From Chrysomallon squamiferum (Eukaryota; Animalia; Mollusca): a DNA stretch of 64,000 nt. The stretch spans positions 16,554,001-16,618,000 of the forward strand of contig CM022675.1 in assembly GCA_012295275.1 (NCBI GenBank), written 5' to 3'. Both the position numbers and the translations under genes were made by a program. The notes beneath the pieces are model-generated. The model was given only the letters and a program-made list of their open reading frames with translations. It was not told the origin of the DNA and searched no databases. Numbering within the stretch: position 1 is the stretch's first letter; each line of letters opens with the position of its first letter. Below are positions 1 to 19,299 of this stretch, in pieces.

Positions 1-7951
<7,951 letters not shown>

Positions 7952-10900
7952 ATCATTATTTTTCCACAATCTCTGTCACCATTTTTAATATGATGTGTGT
8001 ATCTGACATTTTATCAGTCGTCAATTAAAACTTAATTTATATATGTATGCTTTATCTCATTGTTAATTTTAAAATAATTAATAATTTATACATCTGACAG
8101 TTTATCTGAAGTCATTAATATTAATAATTTATGTATGTGAAATTTTTTCTCAATTTGCTAATTAAACAATAAAATGAAGAAAAAAAATAATTTATACATC
8201 TGACAAAATGGTTTTTTTTTTAAAATTTTGATGCAAATAATAACATTTCTGATACTCAAAGGCTAAACTAGGGGTTTTGGGGGGTTTGTTCTAGAGTTAA
8301 TTTAATATTTTATATTTTTTCTTATGAAAACCATAACCTTAAAACCAGTAATAACAATTACATATTACCAAAATAAATAATGTATGTCTAATATAATAAC
8401 ATTTTAAACATAATTTTGTTATATTGAGCAATCATGTTCTACTGTCAAATAAAATAAAAAACAGAAATATATATTTAATTGAAAGTAATCTATTTATTAA
8501 TAGTTAAACCTTTATTTATTTATTTTTATATTTTTTTTCAACATGGCCTAGTTTTAGTGTTGGTTATGAATGAACAGATGATGTGTCTGGTATGTTAAAT
8601 TTTAAGTGATGTATCATTTATCACTTAAACTGTTCTGTTAGAATTATCTGAATTGATTTGTCTAAAAGACTATGACAAACTGACTCTATTTTATTTTAAT
8701 CTTTTTCATTTTTGTATGAGATATGATTAACATTCAAGTGACTATTGAGTTAAATGATTAATATATTTCTAATATTTACTTTTTTTATTGAATTTTGTTA
8801 CAATTCTTTTTTCTTACTTTAATGAAGGTAAATATTTTTAAAAATATTTAATACCATGTTTTATACATAAGTAATTCTGTCCATCTGAATTATTCAGTTT
8901 TATTTCAGCTGTTGAGCTGGACTGACTTCATTATTTTGCACAAGTTTTTGGAATATGTAAATATAAATACTGAATTCAAATTAATCTCTTCAGAACTGAA
9001 AGTAATTTATCATTAACTGGGTTAAGATTATGATGTTCAGATTTGAGCCAGCCCTTTAACTGTTTGAATATGTACATTACATTGTTTTTATTTTTGTTTC
9101 AACATCAGCAATAACAGTTAATGCTTCATTGCAGTATTGCACCATTTTTATTTATCAATTTTTTTTTTTAAATTTTAGAATATTAATAACCAATTGTGAA
9201 TATTTCAGAAATGATAATTGTACCAAAAATATATTTTTTCTTCTTAAAATTAAATACTTTTTTTATTTAAAATGTACCAAATGGAATAGTAAATTTGTAT
9301 TTAAAATAAAATCTGCAAAGACCACATCCACAGAAAGACAGGTTTCATTGATATAAAAATGTAATTTTTCATTTATTGAAAATACTTTTATTCATTTCAG
9401 TGCTTACTTTGTGTTTTTACAACATCTCTGATAAATGTGCGACATTTTCATCAATCGTGACATTAATAGTTAAATATGTTGCATTGTGATACACAATCAG
9501 TTTATGAAAAAATTATGAAAAATAATGTTATTTGTAAAAAATATTTAAAATAAAGATACTTCATGATAAAACTCGGTTAACAACAGATGTGATAGTTTTA
9601 AATTAAGCTTAATGAAGTATTTTGTTTGTTAAAATTTATAGATTGCAAATAATACAAGAAAACTGTTAAACAGAGTAAAATTATTGGGTTGTCATTGTCA
9701 TTGAATTCTTCAAGTTATATGCCACAGACATGTTTAAACCAAAAACATAGTCACAACACTGTACTAAAATAAGATTTTTTTGATTTTTTTACTTTCACCA
9801 AAGACAATGCTGCCTTTAACATCCTGAAATATAAAGTTTGTTTCAGTCATTTTATGTGTAAACTAAAATAATATATTTATATCCTATCATAAAAAATGCA
9901 GTTGTTTATTGCATCTTGTCAGTTTTATATAACTTATTATCACTTATTTTTCTTTTTATCATTTGCTCATATATAAATATGAACTAATTTCTTGATTAAA
10001 ATCTTCTTAAATTATTTGCTGTTTTCTTTTTTAGCTGGAATTCAGTCCCCAAATGTATTGATGTGCATGAAATTTTGAAATCCTGGACTTTTTGATATCT
10101 CAGTTTTTTGATAGTTCAGCATACACAAACTATTTTATGAATGGAATTTTTGTTTAAACTTAAATCATGTTCTCTGGGTAATATCCTTATATTGCAAAAT
10201 CTTTAAAAAATCTGAAATTTCAAATGAGGCCTGTCATGCTTGACACTGAGCTGGCACGTTTGATGTTTAGAATTATGCCCACCCCCTTTTCAAAATAACT
10301 TAATCTGCACTTTGTATCATAATTTAGTTTAATTTTTCAAATGTGCTAAAACATGTCAAAAATTATTTATTTATGATGATATTGGACCTAAAGACAAGTT
10401 TGTGGCCACACTGTCAGTTAGCAGAATTTTTGTTTCAGATATTCCATCCCACATACAGGAAGATACAAAAGTTACAAAAGTACTTTCAAGAGGAGGTCTC
10501 TCATGATAAAAATTCTGTTTATGCAACATTAAAAATACATTTTATAATTTGACATGAAGTCTCAAAAAAAAAAAAAAATTCTGATAATAACATTACAAAG
10601 CATTTTGCAAACATAACATTTATTTGTAAAAAATAAAATACAAGATTGAATATAAAAATTCACAATTCATAATCAATAATTTTTCAAACTTAACTCAAAG
10701 TACTAAATAATGATAAATTACAAAATTAATGCATCCATAAATTTACATTTCACAATATTTCTCACAATGTAACTGCAAGCTTAAAACCAAACAGCACAAT
10801 TTCTACCTCTAAATAATTTATATATAAAAAAAGTAAAACTGTTAGTAAAATACAAAAAATCTTACCTTCTATTAACATAACAAAAATATGTACATACGTA

Positions 10901-11999
10901 TACATATGGTACACAGTAAATATAAATGTAAGCAGATTATTAAAAATGTACAACACGACAAACTAGAAATAAATTTTCTATCTAACAGACATTAATGTGA
11001 CAAAGTAAAAACAAGGAAATCTGAGATTATAACATGATAATTCACTTTAAGAGGTATAAAAATATCAATATACATAATTATGCAGTTAAAAGAAAATTCA
11101 TCTGTGGTTTTATTTTAAAACAAACAGAAATTTGATACAGGCAATTTTTAAATATCATTTAACAGCCAACAGTAAATAATTAAACTATTTTTTTGAATAT
11201 AACAAATTTTTAAAATAAAAATAATCCATCATATTTTTCCTTTTTACATAAAATTCTTAAATTTTAAAAAAGTCACTAAATTCAAATTAAATTCTAAGTT
11301 TAAAATCATAAAGGCTATGATAGGGAAAAAAATAAATCAAGAAATGCTATAAACACAATCTGATTAAAATGCCTTTACTAAACCACGTTTGAATGCAAAA
11401 ACAAACAAAAGGACTTATAAAATCCAGCCCAGTATCAACAAAATGTTATTAAAAAATATTTTCTACAGCATCATAAATTTTACAGGTAAAATTAAATAAA
11501 TGACACTAAATAGCAGTGAGCATAAATTTTATGATTTTATTTTCTTTATTAATGAAAAAAAAAGAAGAAAAAGATTTTATCACCTCAACAGTTAAAACAA
11601 TTTAGTGTACAAATAATTTATGAAAAAAAATATATAAATAAAAACATTGTCAAGAGAAAATTAATATTTTGTTTTTGCATAAATTTTTTATATTTCATCA
11701 TTGGTTTTTTGCACACAAACACACAACAAAAACTAACATTAAATAAACAATTGGGAAATCCTAAAACATATTCAAGGATTTTATTCCCATCCACATTTTT
11801 TTTTTTTTTTTAAATTTAATTTTATATCTTTTTTTTTTTTGTGCGTTTGCATTTTTACTTTTTTTTGGACTGCATCTGATTAGCATTGTAATAGATATTA
11901 TCAGTCATTTTTATTGTGAAATATTCTCTCAGCTTTTATTTTTAGCTCTATAATTCATGAAAAAAAATAAAATGTGGTGAAGGAAACATTATTTACATC

Positions 12000-13740
12000 T
12001 TACTTCCCTGCTAACTTGGCCACAAGAGTGGCTTTCATTTCTTTAGCAAGTTTCTCAAGCTCAACAATTCTGGTTTTCAACTTTTCGTTGTCGATTTTGA
12101 GTTGTTCAGCCTGAACCTCCATCTCAGTAAATTTCTGTTTCTTCGATTCACGCGATCTGCGTGAAGCAATGTTGTTTTTGTCTCGCCGCTGTCGATATTT
12201 CACCTCTGGGACTGATGGTGAGATGAACGTTGATGATGCTGTCTCTTCTGCTGATCCGCTGTCTGACATTTCTTGGAGAGAAGACAACCGGGACTTTTTT
12301 GAGACATAGTCGTGGTCAGAGGTGTTCACTACCTCATCCTCCACGTCGACTACCTCAAAGCGTTCAAAAGAGCGTTTCTGTAGTGAAGTGTTTGAAGTTG
12401 TTGCAACAGCAACTGCAACTTCACTGACATCAGTTACAACTGCACAATCATCAGCAGCAGCAATTTTACTGAAGTCAGTGACAATTTCTCCATCATCAGC
12501 TACAACGTGACCAGCTGTAGCTGCAATATCAGTAGTGCTGGTTGTGTTCTGAAACATAAGTAAATACTTTTCATTTAAAAGTGACAAGAAAAAAGGAATA
12601 TAATTTTCAAATTTCTGTATTAAATAAGATATCAGCTTCTTTACCGTAGAAACGGCCTTAACAAAAAACACATTTAAGAACTCTCCAAAGTATCAATATC
12701 TCTGTAAATGTGAAATTATAAAGATGGCTACCTCCATCAGGTATGTGGACAGATCGACAAAGCTGTCAAGACTTGCTTCGCCCATGGGGTCCATGTCGGA
12801 TCCTAGCATGTCACCCAGAGAGATGTCGTCAAGACCCCACATCAAGACTTCATTCCCGTTGTCAGTGGCAGCTAGAAAATCCTCAACCAAATCTTTTGTG
12901 TTATCACTGGCAATGACAGGCCTGTCATCACCAGCTTGGCCTAGGACAGCAAGTGTATTTAAATTAGAAAATAAAAATTCAAAGTGCGAATGCAAACTTG
13001 CTATAAACATAACTAATTTCACGAAAAAAAGAGAAAAAAAATGTTATTTAATTAGAAGTTTGTATGAAAGTTTTAACATTTTAATTTCATTTTCATAAAA
13101 CTATTAAAGAAAGAAAGAAAAAAGTGATTGCAAATAAAAAAAATATATATTTACTTCACATAAAATAAAAATACCTATGTAAAATTCCCTTTTCTTATTT
13201 CACTTAAAATTATTATAAATCGTAGTTGAGCTATATTTACAGCTGCCATCTGAACAATGTTATTTGAATATTGTTGACTTCCCGCATTGCACAACTAATA
13301 GTAATATATGATGAAATGTTTTGAAACCGACATGCGGTGAATGGATCGATAATTATTTATAGTAACATATCAATGTCATGTGACCATTGATGGGTGTTAC
13401 CCTTGTTACAAAACAAACCGCCGGTTTTAGCCGGTTTTAGTCTCTGATAAAACATATGGTTTAAAACAAATATTCCTTACAGAATAATATTCAATAGGTG
13501 TAGAAACTGATTAGCTGAAACGTTTCTGAACTTGCACAACATTTTACAGTATAATAATATACGCTCACCTTCGTTAAATAGGCCACTTGTCTTCTGTATT
13601 AAACGTAGTGTATCGTTGGTCGCCCTGGTCAGTTGTTGTACTGGGTTTGATGTCCAGCCAACTGACCAAGTCGTCCAACGTTTCAGGAATGATGGTAGTA
13701 CTTTCGGAGGAGCCAGTGGGGACACAGGCAAGCTTTTCAT
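12000..13740 (-). CDS. C/EBP/PAR-like bZIP transcription factor (309 aa if started at AUG 13740; true start uncertain)
   Basis: Coding exons 13740-13569, 12940-12732, 12548-12000 join in frame through GT-AG introns. C-terminal basic region KYRQRRDKNNIASRRSRESKK plus heptad zipper (M..L..L..L..M), acidic middle region, DHDY motif. Subfamily not assignable by eye. Confidence 0.88.
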
Positions 13741-13783
13741 CCACTGTCATCCAACCTGGGGCGCCCGAATCAAATAAATCCAT
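13574..13783 (-). CDS. 69-aa upstream overlapping ORF in the bZIP transcript (MDLFDSGAPGWMTVDEKL...EDKWPI*)
   Basis: First AUG of the predicted mRNA, context AAATC-ATG-G (A-3, G+4). Stops at TAA 5 nt before the exon donor. The bZIP frame is +1 relative to it. Translation is inferred. Confidence 0.65.
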   Translation of the reverse strand: MDLFDSGAPGWMTVDEKLACVPTGSSESTTIIPETLDDLVSWLDIKPSTTTDQGDQRYTTFNTEDKWPI

Positions 13784-14012
13784 GATTTGCGAGAAAAAAG
13801 TCGACGTATCCGTATCGCCTTTGATTTCTATGGTGGTTTTCACTCTCTGGCTTAGAGCCTCGGTGCCTTCGTTAACCTGAAATCAATAACATATTTTGGT
13901 TTTAACTACAAAAAAAAAAAAGTTTTACTTTAACAAACAGTTTTCGTACAAGTACATTATTTTATCGTCTTGTTAATTTAGAATATTATTTGTGCTGATA
14001 ATAATAAAATAC

Positions 14013-14140
14013 CTGCTTGACCGTGCTTGACTCCTCCACTCGTTCGCTTACTCTAAACTGAGTATTCTGATTTCGGCTTACGTATATATGGTGCAATACC
14101 TGGGTCTAATTATAGCATCTGTCATCGCCAGCAGCCAATC
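14013..14140 (-). promoter_or_regulatory. bZIP core promoter and short AUG-less first exon (~14059-14013)
   Basis: Minus strand: TATATA starting at 14088, initiator TCAGTT with A at 14059 (29 nt downstream), donor CAG|GTATTT at 14012, acceptor TTTCAG| at 13877; CCAAT at 14135-14139. Confidence 0.65.
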
Positions 14141-14679
14141 AAAGAACAAGGAATGGACAAGAATTCTAATATTAGTAGCTGATCTGTAACGTCATTTTGA
14201 CCCAATAGTATAACCCGATGTTGAGAAGCTGTTCAGCGAAGTAACAAAATTTGGCGGGCGGTCGAGAATAATGACATGCATTAGATTGAATATACAATGA
14301 CAGTTAATTACATTACTCTTTGTTCTTATTAAAGCAAACAGCCGTTTATCTTTTAAATATTCATTTAGACGTGTTATTTCCATGCTATCAAAATAAAGCT
14401 GAATTCCATAGTTTGGCGTGAGGGGTGGACACCGCACAACACGAATGACCACAGTAAGGCAAATAAGACACAATTTCATTGGACAACATTAAATAAAGCT
14501 ATTGGGGTTATATTTTAATTTTAAACATTACAGTCTGTAATCATCCTGATGCACAAACTGCAGATATGTTATATGTTCATTTACGTATATTTTACAAACA
14601 CTAGGTGTAGCATATTTCTTTTATTTTAGATGTCATTTCGTATCAATGATAACCTTTCCGCTTTATGAAATACGCCGAT

Positions 14680-14940
14680 TAACCAATGGACGCATTCTTA
14701 ACTTAACCGTGTTGTCGTTTTCTCCAACATCCGGGTTACTCAAAAGGTGAAGATCAGGCGGCCATATTGTATCATCAATGTTGTTTTGAGTGTATACATT
14801 TGCATGTTTTATGCATTTTTACCACCTGATATATCGCATGGTGGTTGCTACCTCATGGCAGGGATCAAAAGATGTGTGCTGACTTTGATTACTTGAGTAA
14901 GGCACATTGGTGATTTTGTTAGATCTAGTTTGACCAGGTC
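14680..14940 (+). promoter_or_regulatory. ACVR2 promoter / 5' leader with several uORFs
   Basis: CCAAT near 14683, CATCCGGGT, YY1-like GCGGCCATATT near 14758, local CpG enrichment; upstream ATGs at 14778, 14804, 14811. TSS not known. Confidence 0.45.
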
Positions 14941-16212
14941 ATGACAGTAGAGCTCGGGTCAGTTTGGGGCTTGGTGCTCTCTGCCCTAATAATTCATCTT
15001 ACGTGTAAGTATGCAAAATTCTTATTTTGTTAAAGCAGTCAGTTGCAGAATGTGTCTCTAAGCTCTTTCGACTGTTCTTCAACTACCGGCTTTTTCTTCA
15101 CATTGTTTTGTTTAATTATCTGGGAGGACTAAAATGATGTGGAACAAGCACCTTGCACTTCGTTTATTGCGTTGGAGTTGCAAATAATAATCATTAAGAT
15201 TTATTGTTTTAAATGCGTGCCGATTTATCCATACAAATATTTATTATTGTTGTTATTCTTAATATAATGTTTAATAATTTTACTTCCCACTGTTGCATAT
15301 TAGCAGCCCTATTAGTATTACTTTTAATTTATTTAAATCGCAAAGTTACCACGAATGAGACCACAACGTAAATAATAATAATAAATAAAAATAGAAAGAA
15401 AAAAATAGATCTAAAACGTTACAGGTCAAAACATTTATTCAGTTTATAAATCAAGTTCAGAGTACCAAAAAAAAAAAACTTGCTTATTGCATTGTTTTGT
15501 AACACATTCATTGAAATGTAAAAAACTAAAAGTTGCTTTTTTATTTTAGTGAAATGATTTGTTTAGTTCTTCCACATTCAACCAAAAATAACATATGTGT
15601 TACGCAGCCATCATTAATTTACAAGGAAATATGTTCTTGTTAATGACTTCCATAAATTTTTATTACTTTATAATAAAGAGTAATATTCCCTAAAATAATA
15701 GTCTAAGAGCTTAATTATTTAGTATTACTGTTTGTATTTAACTTGACATACTGGTGTTTGCCATAATTTCTTTTTCTTCAATAGAATATTAAACCAAAAC
15801 CCAGTACTCTGGGACAAAACATAAAAAGAAAGTCATTATGCACTTTTATATGTTAAATCAACCTCAGTATATTAAACTTTGGCTTGCAGATAAAAGAATA
15901 TAACCTTGACAAAATGACTGATAATAAATAATGGAGAAAAAAAATTAAAAAGATAAAACATTGGGCTTTAGATTACTTTTCACTATCTGTTATTTATTCA
16001 TTGTATTGTTCTCTGCAAAACATCACAATGATAAACAGTATCTTAATGCATGACACAAAAACCACAAACTGACTGTTGCTTGCCAAACTGTATTGATACA
16101 AAATAATACGGCTAACTGCTTTATGGAATCTGCATTTATCAATGAAAAAACATTTGAAAGAAATGTATTACATAAGAGAAAGAACAGTTTAAAATATAAA
16201 TATATGTGTTTT

Positions 16213-16288
<76 letters not shown>

Positions 16289-16960
16289 TTAAATTAAATC
16301 AGTTACACTTCTAGGATTTTGTAAATATTTATTTTCCAGGCATTATGATTCGAAGACATAGGCATTGTAAATTGATCAAAAACACGTCAACAGTCATTAA
16401 TAAATTTTTGCATCATCCAACAAAATAATTTCATCATTTTATTACACAATGCAAAAAGTGAATACTTGAAAACTAATAAACACATGTACTTTATAAATGA
16501 ACTAAAAATCCAATCAGAAGCAAGATCTTGAAAATTTGTTTACATTAAAACAATTTAAAACAGTTTTATTTTTTTTATTTTTGTTGAAACTTGTCAGTAG
16601 TAATTAAATTATTTTGCTGTTGTTGACATTTGTAATCATTTTTGATGAAATTTGACATTAATTTTGATTTAATGCTTAAAAAATAAATAAAAGAACTTAC
16701 TGAGATGCATGACCAACATGTCACATTTCATTTACATTATGATATCCTGTTATAAACTGAAATGTTCTCTGTTTTCTAAATTTGAAATCTTTGTTAATAA
16801 AGTGTTTACTCATCAACTATGTGATACAGAAAATTAATAACATTTTCATAATTTTATTCTGTTAAAAATATTTATGCCTTTCCAGGTAGCTTTTATTTTA
16901 AATAGAATTTTGTTTTCCATAATTATGTATTTTAATTTTAAAATTTTTATTTATTTTTTA

Positions 16961-16993
<33 letters not shown>

Positions 16994-19299
16994 TTATTTT
17001 TTTATTATTTTTTTTTTTTTTTTTTATTTTTTTATTTTTTTTAGCTCCACTGCTTGGTGAAGCTGAATCAACAGCAGTTGGTGAGGATGTTGTGTCTAAA
17101 TCAATCCAGTGTGAGAAATATGATCACAAATGTGATCCACAACATCAGTATTGCCCAACAGTGGAGAACTGCACAGGGCTGTCAGAATCACCACAGCAGT
17201 GTTACGCTTCATGGACAAATAACTCTGATGGGATAAAGTTTGTTTTCAAGGGTTGTTGGGTGGGTGATAATTGTGTGGGTCAGAAGGAATGTGTTCTCAA
17301 AAGTGATCGTGCATCTATCAAATTTTGTTGTTGTGAAGGTACCTTCTGCAATCGCAAAGTAAACTACAGTGTTGGTCCTACTACCACAACTACACCTTCA
17401 ACACCAACTGTTATACGAAAACAAGCAGGTGCTCAGCTTATTCGAACGGTGATGTATTCGATTGTCCCATTATTTGGCTTTGCATTTATTATAGTCGTAG
17501 TGTTCTGGATGTGGAGAAGACATCAGAGAACATACAATAGTCACGAGCCCTTGCCAACAATAGACCCTGCTGCTTCCACCCCGAGTGAAACAGCTCTGTA
17601 TCCACTGCAGCTGATAGAGCTGCGAGCACGCGGTCGCTTCGGGTCGGTGTGGAAAGCTCAGCTCTGGGATGACTATGTGGCTGTGAAGATCTTTCCACTT
17701 CAGGACAAACATTCATGGACAGTTGAGCAGGAGATTTACAACTTGGCACACATGAAACATGAGAACATTCTGAATTTCATTGCAGTGGAAAAACGAGGAG
17801 ATAATCTGAATGTAGAGCTGTGGCTTATCACAGAGTTCCATGAACGTGGCTCACTAGGTGACTACCTCAAGGGGAACACTGTAACATGGAGTGAAATGTG
17901 CAAGATTGCTGAATCCATGGCACAGGGGTTGGCTTACCTGCACGATGAAATACCAGCTGGAAAGTCGAGAGAAGCCAAGCCAGCTATTGCTCACAGGGAT
18001 TTCAAAAGCAAAAATGTATTAATTAAAAAGGACTTGACAGCATGTATTGCAGACTTTGGACTTGCTCTCAAGTTTGAGCCAGGGAAAAGCCCAGGTGAAA
18101 CTCATGGTTTGGTGAGTAAATTGTCACTCGAAAGTTTCCTTTTGTTTTAGACATTTGTTTATTGTATTAAAATTTTAAGTAACTATTTAAGCAAATGAGA
18201 AGTAAACATTAAAAATAACTGAAGTGAGCCTGGTTGATTTCTTTCTTTGATTCAGGTGGGCACACGAAGATACATGGCTCCAGAGATTCTGGAAGGAGCT
18301 ATATGTTTCAATCGTGATGCATTCCTAAGGATTGACATGTATGCATGTGGTCTTGTCCTCTGGGAAATCATGACCCGCTGTTCTGCCATTAAAGGTAAAT
18401 TTCTCAAAACATAACTGATTAAATATTTCTGTACAGTTTTTTTAAAAACACATCTTAGGAATGATTGCAGAAGACTAGCATCTCATTTTCAACTTATGAA
18501 AACTGTATATTGTTTTATTTGTAAAATATGGAATGAATTTTCAGGAAGAAAATTTCATCATTTTTCTTTTTAAATTTAAATGGTGAAGATTTTTTAATTG
18601 TGAAATATTAGAATATTAATTTTGGATGTAATTTTGTTTTTAAAATTAAAGCTGAAGAATACCAACTTCCTTTTGAAGAAGAGATTGGTTTGCATCCAAC
18701 CCTGGAACAGATGCAGGATTTAGTTGTTGTGCGCAAAGTGAGACCTGCAATAAAAGACCACTGGCTCTTGCATCCAGTGAGTGTTGTTTCTGTAATTTAC
18801 TTAGCTGTTTTGTAATTGCACATTACATTTGTTTTTTTAAATGTTGTTCAGTGTTGTTTGTGAAGTTCATAACCTCATTTTCAAAAAATAAAAATAAAAC
18901 ATTTTTTATTTTCTGATCAAATTGATAGAGATATTTAAATAGTATTTCTTTGTAATCTTTGGACATCTAAATTGTTTTTCAAAACTTAACATAAATTATT
19001 GTAAAAAAAAGTTACATTTGTGATAATTGGAAAAATACTGAGACTGTTTTGGTGTGTTACAAAATATTGTAATTTGAATGTGTTTGTTGCAGGGTCTGAG
19101 TTTACTCGTGTCGACAATAGAGGAATGCTGGGATCAGGATGCGGAGGCGCGACTGTCAGCCGGGTGTGTCCAGGCACGAATAGCTCAGCTGTCTCGCTCC
19201 GTCAATGTTTCTACCTCAACCAGTAACCTCATCATACCCTCTCAGATTGTTGTCATACCAAGTGGCCAGCTTCCACCCAAAGATGCTCCTTCTCTCTGA
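14941..19299 (+). CDS. ACVR2: Activin receptor type II (TGF-beta family Ser/Thr kinase receptor, punt/ACVR2 class)
   Basis: Exons 14941-15004 (signal peptide), 17045-18111, 18256-18394, 18652-18776, 19093-19299. Cys-rich ectodomain with KGCW and [12 protein letters not shown] helix, no GS box, kinase motifs [60 protein letters not shown]. Confidence 0.97.
16217..16283. repeat. Compound (TG)n(TA)n microsatellite in ACVR2 intron 1
   Basis: Directly visible. Confidence 0.95.

Noticed and set aside
12000-12548. bZIP as NFE2L2/CNC (human AGPS neighbour), ATF4 or XBP1
   Set aside because: Basic region NNIASRRSR is C/EBP/PAR-like, not CNC (NKVAAQNCR) or ATF4 (NKxAAxRYR). The bZIP is C-terminal, unlike XBP1, and no paired IRE1 CNG-CNG loops were recognised.
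13574-13600. Antizyme-type frameshift signal
   Set aside because: No UCC-UGA site or recognisable antizyme sequence; only the +1 geometry is shared.
12230-13880. Plus-strand ORFs (12230, 12322, 12724, 13532, 13587)
   Set aside because: Antisense shadows of the GC-richer bZIP exons, with no independent motifs or splice structure.
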